Assembly (NCBI GenBank): GCA_024639965.1
Contig: JAHEGC010000011.1
Coordinates: 12,263 to 76,262 of the forward strand
Source of the DNA: Micrococcales bacterium
GTDB lineage: Bacteria > Actinomycetota > Actinomycetes > Actinomycetales > Microbacteriaceae
Direction: 5' to 3'
Length of the DNA: 64,000 bases
The notes under the pieces are model-generated. The model was not told the origin of the DNA. It did no database searches and saw only the letters and a program-made list of their open reading frames with translations. The position numbers were made by a program, and so were the translations under genes. Shown in pieces: positions 54,749 through 63,868 of the stretch (positions are counted from its first letter, which is position 1; every line of letters begins with the position of its first letter).

Positions 54749-54776
54749 TTTCATGAACTCAATGAGGAGATCAGAT

Positions 54777-56270
54777 ATGTCGTCGACTAAAGAGAAGAAG
54801 AGCGAAGGGCTCCGTAAAGGACGCCTCGGCATCGCCGGCATCGCCTTCTTCGTCGTGGCCGCTTCGGCGCCCATGGCGGGAATGACGGGTACAGTCCCCG
54901 TCGCATCAGTACTTGGTAATGGAACGGCCGTCCCCGGCGCATTCGTTGCCGTCGGACTCATCCTTTTGGTGTTCAGCGTGGGCTTCACCGCGATGAGCCA
55001 CAAGGTCACCAACGCCGGAGCGTTTTTCGCTTACGTCGGTAAGGGCCTCGGAACCAACATGGGCGTCGGCTCGGCATTCGTGTCGATTCTTTCGTACCTG
55101 ACGGTTCAGCTCGCCGTCTACGGCTTCTTCGGTGCCATCGCCAACGCATTCTTCACGCCGATCGTCGGCGACTGGGGCTGGCTCACCTGGTGTGCCATCG
55201 CGTGGGCGGCCGTCACCGCACTGTCGCTGCTGACGGTCGATGTCGGTGCGAAGTTCCTCGGAATTCTCACCTCGCTCGAGATTCTCTCGCTCGTCGTGAC
55301 GGGAGTTGCGATTCTCGCCAAGGGCGGCCCGGAGGGGTACAACTTCCAGGCCTCGTTCGACCCGTCGCTCATCTTCGCGGGAGGCTTCGCCGGTACTGCC
55401 GGTATCGCCCTCTCGTTCGCGTTCGCGTCCTTCATCGGATTCGAATCGACGGCGATCTATGGCGAAGAAGCAAAAGACCCGAAGAACACCGTTCGTCGCG
55501 CCACCTACGTCGCCGTGAGCGTCATCGCCGGTCTCTTCACCCTCGTGAGCTTCGCGATGGTCACTGGCCTCGGAGCGAGCACGTACATCGACCAGACGCT
55601 CGCGCTCTCGGAAGGACTCGTCAACCCCGCCGGAGTTCTCTTCTCGCTCGCGAGTGACGCGGTTGGACCGTGGATGGCCGACGCCATGAACGTCTTCCTC
55701 ATCACGTCGATGTTCGCTGGTCTTCTCGCGTTCCAGAACGCCGCGTCACGATACTTCTTCGCGATGGGCCGCGGTGGAGTTCTCCCCCGCGCACTCGCCG
55801 CGACGAACCGTCGTGGAGCCCCTCAGGGTGGTGTCATCGCTACCTCGGTCATTGCCATGATCGTTATGGTGCTGTTCTTCGTGAACGCTCTTGACCCGGT
55901 TCTCCACCTGTTCTACTGGACCAGCACGATTGCCGTGCTCGCAATTACCCTCGTCGAGATCTTCGTCTCGATCGCGGTTATCGCGTACTTCCGCAAGAAC
56001 AAGGGTGCAAGCCTTTGGCAGGGAACGATCGCCCCGGCGCTCGCCACCCTCGGAATGGCGCTCGCGATGTACCTCATCATCGCGCGCTTCAACCTCCTCG
56101 CGGGCACCGTGGCCGATAACGTCGACCCGACCCTCCCGGAGAGCGCATTTGCGTTGAGCCCGTTCGGTTGGTTCCTCGTGGCGCTGCCCTTCATCTTCTT
56201 CGTGATCGGCCTCGTCAGCGGCGTGGTCAACAAGAAGGAGAACTCGTCGCTCGTTTCGGACATGTCCTAA
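54777..56270 (+). CDS. APC-superfamily amino acid/amine permease
   Basis: ATG 54777 follows GAGGAGA. About 12 TM, with an APC-like N-terminal segment (GIAGIAFFVVAASAPMAG). Confidence 0.8.
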   Translation: MSSTKEKKSEGLRKGRLGIAGIAFFVVAASAPMAGMTGTVPVASVLGNGTAVPGAFVAVGLILLVFSVGFTAMSHKVTNAGAFFAYVGKGLGTNMGVGSAFVSILSYLTVQLAVYGFFGAIANAFFTPIVGDWGWLTWCAIAWAAVTALSLLTVDVGAKFLGILTSLEILSLVVTGVAILAKGGPEGYNFQASFDPSLIFAGGFAGTAGIALSFAFASFIGFESTAIYGEEAKDPKNTVRRATYVAVSVIAGLFTLVSFAMVTGLGASTYIDQTLALSEGLVNPAGVLFSLASDAVGPWMADAMNVFLITSMFAGLLAFQNAASRYFFAMGRGGVLPRALAATNRRGAPQGGVIATSVIAMIVMVLFFVNALDPVLHLFYWTSTIAVLAITLVEIFVSIAVIAYFRKNKGASLWQGTIAPALATLGMALAMYLIIARFNLLAGTVADNVDPTLPESAFALSPFGWFLVALPFIFFVIGLVSGVVNKKENSSLVSDMS

Positions 56271-56286
56271 ACATCACGCGCAACGC

Positions 56287-56316
56287 GAAGGCCCCCGTCG
56301 ATCGGCGGGGGCCTTC
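56287..56316. terminator. Stem-loop downstream of the permease gene
   Basis: Stem GAAGGCCCCCG-tcgatcgg-CGGGGGCCTTC, starting 17 nt after the stop. Confidence 0.65.
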
Positions 56317-56369
56317 GTCATTCCCCCACCCCACTCCTGATTCTGCAGACTTCTCCGCTAGATCAGATA

Positions 56370-56437
56370 GTTTCTGCAGACATTTGCGCACAAACTGCGG
56401 ATTTGCGCCCCACAAGGGGCCGAATGTCTGCAGAAAC
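56370..56437. repeat. 68-bp element bounded by perfect 15-bp inverted repeats in a convergent intergenic region
   Basis: GTTTCTGCAGACATT (56370..56384) and AATGTCTGCAGAAAC (56423..56437). A third TTCTGCAGAC copy lies at 56341..56350. Confidence 0.6.
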
Positions 56438-56446
56438 AGGTGGGGG

Positions 56447-57955
56447 TCAGAGCTTGATGTAGGTCGTCTTGAGTTCGGTGTACTTCTCGAGAGCGTGACG
56501 CGACTTGTCGCGACCGTTGCCCGACATCTTGAAGCCACCGAACGGTACGGTGAGGTCGCCCTCTTCGTAGCAGTTGACCCACACGGTGCCGGCACGAATG
56601 CGGCGGGCGAGACGGTGAACGGTGGAGACGTTTGCGGTCCACAGACCGGCAGCGAGGCCGTAATCGGTGTTGTTCGCGACGCGAATCGCTTCGTCTTCGT
56701 CCTTCACCGTGGTGACCGAGAGCACGGGGCCGAAGACCTCGTTTTGGGCCAACGACGAGTCGGGCGCGACGTTGGTGAACACGGTCGGCTGATAATACGC
56801 ACCGCCCGCGAGGACGCCCTCGAGGTCAATCGCGCCACCGCCGATTTCGAGCGTCGAGCCATCGGCCAGTGCGCGATCGACGTGCGCTTGAACCTCGGCA
56901 CGGCGCGACATCGATGCGAGCGGGCCCATCGTGGTGGAGTCATCGAACGGGTCGCCGGGGGCGTATTTCTTCGCCGCGGCGAGCACGCCCGCGATGACCT
57001 CGTCGGCGACGTCCTGGTGCACGATGAGTCGTGACGGGGCGGTGCACATCTGACCCGTGTTGAAGAAGATGCCCCACGCGGCCGTGTCGATCGCGGTCTG
57101 CAGGTCGGGTGCGTCGGGGAGGATGATGTTCGGCGACTTGCCGCCGAGCTCGAGCCAAACCCGCTTGAGGTTCGACTGTGCTGCGTATTCCATGTAAGCG
57201 CGTCCCACCTCGGTGGAGCCGGTGAATGCGAGCGAGTCGACGGCCTTGTGAAGACCGAGACCCTTACCGATTACCGAGCCGCGACCGGGGAGCACGTTGA
57301 GAACGCCGGCAGGGATTCCCGCCTCGAGGGCGAGCTCCGCGATGCGCACCGCGGTGAGAGGGGTGAGGTCGGCCGGCTTGTGCACGACGGTGCAGCCGAC
57401 CGCGAGCGCGGGTGCAATCTTCCACGCGGACAGCGTCAGCGGGAAGTTCCACGGGGTGACGACTGCCACGACTCCGACGGGTTCGCGGGTGATGAGCGCA
57501 AGATCGTCGTCGCCGACGGGCGACACCTCGTCGAGTTCCTTGTCCGCCATCTCGGCGTACCAGCGGTACGAGTTGATGAGCGCGCGAAGCTCGATGCCCC
57601 ACGCGTCGGCGATGGGCTTGCCCATTTCGACGGACAGCATCGTGGCGAGTTCGGTGCGGTGCTCCTCCATCAACGCAACCCAGGCGAGCATGAGTTCCTT
57701 GCGCTGCTTCGGCGCCATGCGCGGCCACGGACCCTCGTCGAAGGCCTTTCGTGCGGCGGCGACGGCGAGCTCGAGTTCGTCCTCGGTGGCGTAGGGCACG
57801 GTCGTCACGACCGAGCCATCACGAGGGGTAACGAGGTCGACGCGCGCTTCGTCCTTGCCGGCACGGTGCTTCCCGTCGATGACCATTGCTTCGGGCCAGG
57901 TGAGCGACTCCGCGTAGGCGGTCCATTCGGCGACGGATTTGGTGGGGAAGTTCAT
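56447..57955 (-). CDS. Aldehyde dehydrogenase (PuuC-like gamma-glutamyl-aminoaldehyde dehydrogenase candidate)
   Basis: Motifs VTPWNFP, ELGGKSP and the catalytic Cys in NTGQMCTAPSR. Confidence 0.8.
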   Translation of the reverse strand: MNFPTKSVAEWTAYAESLTWPEAMVIDGKHRAGKDEARVDLVTPRDGSVVTTVPYATEDELELAVAAARKAFDEGPWPRMAPKQRKELMLAWVALMEEHRTELATMLSVEMGKPIADAWGIELRALINSYRWYAEMADKELDEVSPVGDDDLALITREPVGVVAVVTPWNFPLTLSAWKIAPALAVGCTVVHKPADLTPLTAVRIAELALEAGIPAGVLNVLPGRGSVIGKGLGLHKAVDSLAFTGSTEVGRAYMEYAAQSNLKRVWLELGGKSPNIILPDAPDLQTAIDTAAWGIFFNTGQMCTAPSRLIVHQDVADEVIAGVLAAAKKYAPGDPFDDSTTMGPLASMSRRAEVQAHVDRALADGSTLEIGGGAIDLEGVLAGGAYYQPTVFTNVAPDSSLAQNEVFGPVLSVTTVKDEDEAIRVANNTDYGLAAGLWTANVSTVHRLARRIRAGTVWVNCYEEGDLTVPFGGFKMSGNGRDKSRHALEKYTELKTTYIKL

Positions 57956-57996
57956 GGTGCTGCTTTCGGTGTTGCCGACGATCAGGTCGTTCGGGT

Positions 57997-58956
57997 CTAA
58001 ACGGTTAGGACTACTCGACCACGAATCTCTCCGCGGCGCAAGCGATCGAGTGCTTCTTGTGCGTCGGCGAGAGGCATCGTTTCGACGAGGTGTTCGACGC
58101 CCTCGGCGCGCACGAAGTCGAGAAGTTCGCGGAGTTCATCCAGTCCTCCCCAAATCGAACTCGTGAGGACCGCTTCGCTCGGGATGATGCCGACGCCGAA
58201 TTCGAGTCGACCCCCGGCGAGCCCGACCACCGCGATGATCCCTTGGCGTTGGACGTGTGCTCCCGCGACGGCGAGCGTAGCGTTCGCCCCGACGAAGTCG
58301 ATGATCGCGTCGTAGCGGACACCTTCGGGGAGTTTCTTGACCGCGTGGTCAGCCCCCAACTTGAGCGCGGCCTCGAGCTTGTCGTCGGCCATGTCGAGTA
58401 CCGTCAGTTCGACGTCGGCAAGCTTCTTGAGGAATTGAACGGCGAACTGTCCAAGCCCACCCGCTCCGATGACGACTGCCGTGGCGCCCTTGTGCGCGAG
58501 GTGGGGTAAAACGCGCTTCGTCGCGCGGAAAGCGGTGAGTCCGCCGCACGCGAGCGGTGCGGTGTTGACGGGGTCGAGGTCGCCAATGGGGAAGAGGTAG
58601 TCGCGGCTCGGCACGCGCATGTATTCCTGATATCCGCCGTCGTCGACGACGCCCGCCTCGTGACTGTTTGCACAAATCATTTCGAGCCCGGCAGCACACT
58701 GGCGACAATCAGGCTTGCGGCATCCCCACGGCGCGTAAACGAGGACGCGGCCGAGTTCGGGGTGCTCGCCCACGACCTCGTGGCCCAGCACGATCGGCAA
58801 CGGCCCGCCGAAGTGTCCGTCTGCGACGTGAATGTCGGAATGGCACACGCCACAGGCGATCACCTTGATGACTTCTTCACCCGGTCCGGCAACGGGGATG
58901 TTCCGTTCCTCGGCGACGAGTGGCTCGGTGACGTTGACGAGAACTAGGGATTTCAC
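57997..58956 (-). CDS. Zn-dependent alcohol dehydrogenase
   Basis: GTG 58956 follows GGAGG. Motifs GVCHSDIH, GHEVVG and GAGGLGQFAVQ. Confidence 0.8.
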   Translation of the reverse strand: MKSLVLVNVTEPLVAEERNIPVAGPGEEVIKVIACGVCHSDIHVADGHFGGPLPIVLGHEVVGEHPELGRVLVYAPWGCRKPDCRQCAAGLEMICANSHEAGVVDDGGYQEYMRVPSRDYLFPIGDLDPVNTAPLACGGLTAFRATKRVLPHLAHKGATAVVIGAGGLGQFAVQFLKKLADVELTVLDMADDKLEAALKLGADHAVKKLPEGVRYDAIIDFVGANATLAVAGAHVQRQGIIAVVGLAGGRLEFGVGIIPSEAVLTSSIWGGLDELRELLDFVRAEGVEHLVETMPLADAQEALDRLRRGEIRGRVVLTV

Positions 58957-59068
58957 GGTACCTCCACGATGAGATTTCGGAGAGTAGTTGCCGGCGATGA
59001 AAGCCTCGGTTACTCTATAAAATATTGTATATCCGATTTGCGGATTCGACACTCAAAGATGAGGAACC

Positions 59069-60412
59069 ATGGCAGCGAGCACCAGACAAGCGCCCGTCAC
59101 GATGGCGGATTGCGCCGCAATCATTGCAGCGAACGACATCCACACCGTCGAATGTATCTTCACCGACACCTGGGGCATGCCTCGCGGTAAGCGACTCCCG
59201 GTCGACCAGTTCCTCACCGGTGCCGGCTTCGCGATCTCGGCCGTTGCGTTCTCGTGGAACTTCCGCTCCGACGTCGAGGCGACCCCGTGGTTCGAGCGCG
59301 ACATGGGCGCACCCGACATGAAGGCGGTTCCCGACCTCGGGTCGTTCCGCATTGCGGGGTGGGACGAGGGCATGGCCACCGTCATGTGCGACATGGTCGA
59401 CGGCCACACCGGCGAACCCATCACGATGGACGGCCGCGGCATGCTCAAAAAAACCATCGCCGAATACCGCGACATGGGCTACCTCATCAACATGGCGACG
59501 GAACTCGAGTTCCACCTGTTCGACGAGAACTGGAACCCAATCAGCGACCAGGCGTACTGCTATTCGATGGACCGAGCCGACGAACTCGAGGGAGTGATCG
59601 GCGGTATTCGTCACGCGTTGCACCGCACGGGCATCGCCGTCGAAGCGAGCAACGTCGAATACGGGCCGTCCCAGATCGAGATCAACGTCGCCTACGACGA
59701 CGCCCTGACAATGATGGACAAGACCATCCTTTTCCGTCACATTGTCCGTCGTGTGGCGCGACAGAACGGGCTCCACGCCACGTTCATGGCGAAGCCCATC
59801 AACGGTGGCTCGGGTTCGGGCATGCACGTGCACCAGAGCCTCACCGATCTCAAGGGGACGAACGTCTTCGCCGCCGAGGACAGCGACCACGCGGTTCACT
59901 CCGACGTAATGCGCAAGTACCTGGCGGGCGTGCTCAAGCACAACCTCGAGTTGCAGATCATCGCTCAGCCCACCATTAACGACTACAAGCGCATCGTCGA
60001 CTACTCCTTCTCGCCCACGCAGGTGTGCTGGGGGCTCGATAACCGCATGGTCGGAGTTCGCTGCATCACCCACCAGGGTCCGGGCACACGCATCGAGGTT
60101 CGCTGGGCGGCCGCCGACTCGAACCCGTACCTCGTCGCACAGGGCTACCTCCAGGCCGGTCTCGACGGGCTGCGCAACGACTTCCCGCTCCAGCCACAGT
60201 CGATCGGCGACCCACACGTCGACGAGAGCCTCCCGCGGTTCGCCACGGCAATGCGCGACTCGCTCGACAACTTCTCGTCGAGCGACTGGAGCCGCACGGT
60301 CTACGGCGACGACTTCGTCGAAAACTTCACCATCATGCAGAAGAACGAGATGGCGGCGTTTGCCGGATGGGTCACCGACTGGGAAACTCAGCGTTACCGC
60401 GACGTCATCTGA
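59069..60412 (+). CDS. Glutamine synthetase family protein (second GlnA-like gamma-glutamyl-amine synthetase)
   Basis: Motifs ELEFHLF, NVEYGPSQIEIN, GSGSGMHVHQS and RWAAADSNPYL. Confidence 0.85.
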   Translation: MAASTRQAPVTMADCAAIIAANDIHTVECIFTDTWGMPRGKRLPVDQFLTGAGFAISAVAFSWNFRSDVEATPWFERDMGAPDMKAVPDLGSFRIAGWDEGMATVMCDMVDGHTGEPITMDGRGMLKKTIAEYRDMGYLINMATELEFHLFDENWNPISDQAYCYSMDRADELEGVIGGIRHALHRTGIAVEASNVEYGPSQIEINVAYDDALTMMDKTILFRHIVRRVARQNGLHATFMAKPINGGSGSGMHVHQSLTDLKGTNVFAAEDSDHAVHSDVMRKYLAGVLKHNLELQIIAQPTINDYKRIVDYSFSPTQVCWGLDNRMVGVRCITHQGPGTRIEVRWAAADSNPYLVAQGYLQAGLDGLRNDFPLQPQSIGDPHVDESLPRFATAMRDSLDNFSSSDWSRTVYGDDFVENFTIMQKNEMAAFAGWVTDWETQRYRDVI

Positions 60413-60432
60413 ACCGAGAGAAGAACACCACC

Positions 60433-61152
60433 GTGCCCAAAACCATCCTCCTCGTCACGCACGAGGAGACCGTCGCCACCGACTACGGCTACATTGCCGG
60501 TTACCTCGAGGAACTCGGTCACACGATCGTGCACCACACCGTGCTCGAAGCAACACCGGCTCACGACGGGTTCCTTCCCGCCAACGTCGACTTCCCGTCG
60601 CTCGATGGAATCGACTCGGTCATTATTTTCGGGTCATTCACCCACGCCTACGACGAACGCACGCGTGCGTGGGTGGAGCGAGAGATGGATTTCATCCGCG
60701 AGATCCGTGACCGCGGCATCCCCTATCTCGGCATCTGCTTTGGTGCTCAGTTGCTCGCCGAGGTGCTCGGCGGCAAGACGGTCAAGGCGGAGAAGCTCGA
60801 GGCGGGCATGATTGATTTCCAGGCGACCCCCTCGTGCCCCGTCGCTGCCGGCCCGTGGTTCTCGTGGCACAACGACAAGGTCGAACTTCCCGCCGACGTC
60901 GAGGTGCTCGCCGAGAACGAAATCGCGCCGCAGGTCTTCAAGTCGGGCAACTCACTCGGAGTGCAGTTCCACCCCGAGGTCACGACCGAACTCATGGAGG
61001 AGTGGCTCCGCGTGGGCGGCGACGAGCTCGTCGGCAAACTCAACCCCGACGAATTTCGACGACAGTGGAACGAGGGCGGTCAGACCGCCCAGCGTCACGG
61101 TCGTGAATTGCTCGATTGGTTCCTCGCGGTCGAGCCCGTCGCACACGCGTAA
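60433..61152 (+). CDS. Class I glutamine amidotransferase-like protein (probable gamma-glutamyl-amide hydrolase)
   Basis: GTG 60433 lies 21 nt after the GS-like stop. Motifs GICFGAQ and QFHPE. Confidence 0.75.
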   Translation: MPKTILLVTHEETVATDYGYIAGYLEELGHTIVHHTVLEATPAHDGFLPANVDFPSLDGIDSVIIFGSFTHAYDERTRAWVEREMDFIREIRDRGIPYLGICFGAQLLAEVLGGKTVKAEKLEAGMIDFQATPSCPVAAGPWFSWHNDKVELPADVEVLAENEIAPQVFKSGNSLGVQFHPEVTTELMEEWLRVGGDELVGKLNPDEFRRQWNEGGQTAQRHGRELLDWFLAVEPVAHA

Positions 61153-61166
61153 TCGTTAAACGTGAG

Positions 61167-61193
61167 CGGCCGGTACCCGAGGGTGCCCGGCCG
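61167..61193. terminator. Stem-loop between convergent amidotransferase and gabD genes
   Basis: 7-bp GC stem CGGCCGG...CCGGCCG. Confidence 0.45.
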
Positions 61194-61207
61194 TTGACGT
61201 TGGTGCT

Positions 61208-62686
61208 TTAAACGGTCTCGCGACGCTTCATCGTGAAGTAGCGAATCTCCTGGTACTCGTCGAGTCCCTCGGCGCCGCCCTCACGACCCGTCCCCGAGGA
61301 CTTGACGCCTCCGAACGGCGCGGCGATGTTCGAGAGTAGCCCGTTGTTGATTCCGACCATTCCCGTCTCGAGTGACTCGGCGACGTTGATCGCCCGGTCG
61401 AGGTCCTGGGTGAACACGAACGCGGCGAGACCGAACTCGGTGTCGTTCGCCTTCTCGACGGCTTCGGCCTGGGTCGTGAATCGGGTGATGGCCGCGACGG
61501 GACCAAAAATCTCGGTCGTCGCGATGTCAGCATTCGCCGGCACGTTGTCGAGCACGGTCGGCTCAAAGTAGTGCCCCTTGCGGTCGGGCGACTTCCCTCC
61601 GGTGAGGAGCGTGGCACCCTTGGCCACGGCATCGTCGACGAGGTGTTGGAGGCGTTGCACCGCGCGGTCATCGATGACGGGCCCGAGGGTCACCTCTTTG
61701 TTCATCGCATTTCCCAACTTGTGGGCGGCCATCGCGGCGGTGAACTTCTCGACGAACGCGTCGGCGATGCCCTCCTGCACGAACATACGGTTTGCCGCAA
61801 CACAGGTTTGGCCGCCGTTGCGCATCTTGGCCAGAATCGCCCCTTCGACCGCGCGGTCGAGGTCGGCGTCGTCGAAAACGAGCAGCGGTGCGTTTCCGCC
61901 GAGCTCCATCGAACTCTTGACGATGTTCTGTGCGGCGAGCGCCATGAGCGTGCTGCCGACGGGGGTGGATCCCGTGAACGAGATCTTGCGCACGCGCTGG
62001 TCGGCGAGCAGCGTGCTGGAGAAGCCCGATGCGTTGGTCGTCGTGATGACCTGAACGAGGTCCTCGGGAACACCCGCCTGGATCATGAGGTCGAGCACGA
62101 TGACGGTCGTGAGAGGGGTCAGGGCGGCCGGTTTGACGACGCAGGCACAGCCCGCGGCGAGCGCGGGGGCGATCTTGCGCGTCGCCATCGCCATCGGGAA
62201 GTTCCACGGGGCGATGAGCACCGCGTTGCCGATGGGGCTGCGACGAACGAGGATTGTTGCGTCGCCGGCGGGCGAGTCGCGATAGAGGCCCTGCGATCGC
62301 AACGCCTCCTCGGCGAACCAGCGCACGTAGTCAGCGGAGTATTGCACTTCGGCGTAGCCTTCGGCGAGTGGCTTGCCCATCTCGCGCGAGATGACGTACG
62401 CGAGCGTGTCCTTGTTGTCGATGAGCGTTCGGTACACCGCGTGCAGCACGTCGGAGCGGTGGCGCGGACTCGTCTTCGCCCATGCCTTACCCGCCGCATC
62501 CGCCTTGGTCAAGGCTTCGAGTGCGTGCTCGGGCGTGTGGTCGGGGAGAGAGCCGATGACCTCTTCGGTCGCAGGGTCGTGAATGTCGAAGGTCGTTGCG
62601 GCTTTGAGCAGGCGGCCGACGTTGACGCTGGCGAGTGCCTTGTTTGAGGCGGCGAGCAGGTCGGCATCGGGTTCGAAATACGACAT
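61208..62686 (-). CDS. gabD: NAD(P)-dependent succinate-semialdehyde dehydrogenase
   Basis: GabD-like ALDH with IAPWNFP, ELGGNAP and the catalytic Cys in NGGQTCVAANR. Confidence 0.78.
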   Translation of the reverse strand: MSYFEPDADLLAASNKALASVNVGRLLKAATTFDIHDPATEEVIGSLPDHTPEHALEALTKADAAGKAWAKTSPRHRSDVLHAVYRTLIDNKDTLAYVISREMGKPLAEGYAEVQYSADYVRWFAEEALRSQGLYRDSPAGDATILVRRSPIGNAVLIAPWNFPMAMATRKIAPALAAGCACVVKPAALTPLTTVIVLDLMIQAGVPEDLVQVITTTNASGFSSTLLADQRVRKISFTGSTPVGSTLMALAAQNIVKSSMELGGNAPLLVFDDADLDRAVEGAILAKMRNGGQTCVAANRMFVQEGIADAFVEKFTAAMAAHKLGNAMNKEVTLGPVIDDRAVQRLQHLVDDAVAKGATLLTGGKSPDRKGHYFEPTVLDNVPANADIATTEIFGPVAAITRFTTQAEAVEKANDTEFGLAAFVFTQDLDRAINVAESLETGMVGINNGLLSNIAAPFGGVKSSGTGREGGAEGLDEYQEIRYFTMKRRETV

Positions 62687-62713
62687 TGTGTTTCCTTGCG
62701 TTGTGTGGGTGGT

Positions 62714-63868
62714 TTACAGTCCGCCGCGCGCGACGAGTTGAGCGGCGATGACGTTCTTCTGGATCTCGTTGGTTCCCTCACCGACGATCATGAGTGGGGC
62801 ATCACGGTAATAACGTTCGACGTCGTACTCGGTCGAGTAGCCGTATCCGCCGTGAATGCGGATCGCGTTGAGCGATATTTCCTGAGCGACCTCGGAAGCG
62901 AACAGTTTGGCCATGCCCGCCTCCATGTCGCAGCGCTCGCCGCTTTCGTACTTCTCGCCCGCAAACAGAGTGAGCTGACGAGCGGCGGTGAGCTTGGTCG
63001 CCATCTCTGCCAGGTAGTTGCCAATCGATTGGTGCTTCCAGATGGGTTTGCCGAAGGTTTCGCGCTCCTGGGCGTAGCGGAGTGAATCCTCGAGTGCCGC
63101 GGTGGCAACGCCCAGCGAGCGGGCGGCGACCTGGATGCGCCCAACCTCGAGCCCCTTCATGAACTGCGAGAAGCCCTTGCCCGCTTCGCCACCGAGGATC
63201 TGCGCCTTCGGCGTGCGGTAGTTATCAAATGAGATTTCGCAGGACTCCACGCCCTTGTAGCCGAGTTTGGGCAGGTCGCGCGAGATGCTGAACCCGTCAC
63301 CCGGCTCGACGAGAACGATGGACATCCCCGTGTGCCGCGGCTCGGCGTTGGGGTCGGTCTTGACGAGAAGCGCGATGAGGCCGCTGCGACGCACGTTGGA
63401 GATCCACGTCTTCGATCCGTTGATGACGAGGTCGTCGCCGTCGGTTTTTGCCGTCGTCGTGATCGCCTGGAGGTCGGAGCCGCCGTTGGGTTCGGTGAGC
63501 GCCATCGTTGCGCGAAGCTCGCCCGTCGCCATGAGGGGTAGGTACTTCTGCTTCTGCTCGTCGGTGCCGTACATCGTGAGGAGTTTGGCGACGACGGTGT
63601 GACCGCCCATTGCCCCGGAGAGGCTCATCCACCCGCGAGCGAGTTCTTCGGTGACGCGAATGTAGGCGGGCATCGAGACGGGGAGGCCGTCGTATTCTTC
63701 GGGGACCGCGAGTCCAAAGATGCCCATCTCCTTCATCGCCTCGATCCACGCTTCGGGGTATTCGTTCGCGTGCTCGACTTCGTTGACGGTGGGCTTGACG
63801 TCGCGGTCGATGAACGCTCGGACGGTGTCGACGAGCATCTGTTCTTCGTCGCTGAGAAGACTGGTCAT
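62714..63868 (-). CDS. Acyl-CoA dehydrogenase
   Basis: Three-domain ACAD sequence (LTEPNGGSD, catalytic region ...YRDAPLMIVGEGTNEIQ). Confidence 0.85.
   Translation of the reverse strand: MTSLLSDEEQMLVDTVRAFIDRDVKPTVNEVEHANEYPEAWIEAMKEMGIFGLAVPEEYDGLPVSMPAYIRVTEELARGWMSLSGAMGGHTVVAKLLTMYGTDEQKQKYLPLMATGELRATMALTEPNGGSDLQAITTTAKTDGDDLVINGSKTWISNVRRSGLIALLVKTDPNAEPRHTGMSIVLVEPGDGFSISRDLPKLGYKGVESCEISFDNYRTPKAQILGGEAGKGFSQFMKGLEVGRIQVAARSLGVATAALEDSLRYAQERETFGKPIWKHQSIGNYLAEMATKLTAARQLTLFAGEKYESGERCDMEAGMAKLFASEVAQEISLNAIRIHGGYGYSTEYDVERYYRDAPLMIVGEGTNEIQKNVIAAQLVARGGL

Noticed and set aside
59015-60217. 400-aa minus-strand ORF opposite the second GS-like gene
   Set aside because: It is antisense to a frame with clear glutamine-synthetase catalytic motifs. 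Its composition is typical of shadow ORFs.
61571-62647. 358-aa plus-strand ORF opposite gabD. Similar shadow ORFs occur at 46329..47357, 15624..16616, 24768..25448, 56168..57034 and 57248..58000.
   Set aside because: All are antisense to genes with strong family motifs, and none shows motifs of its own.
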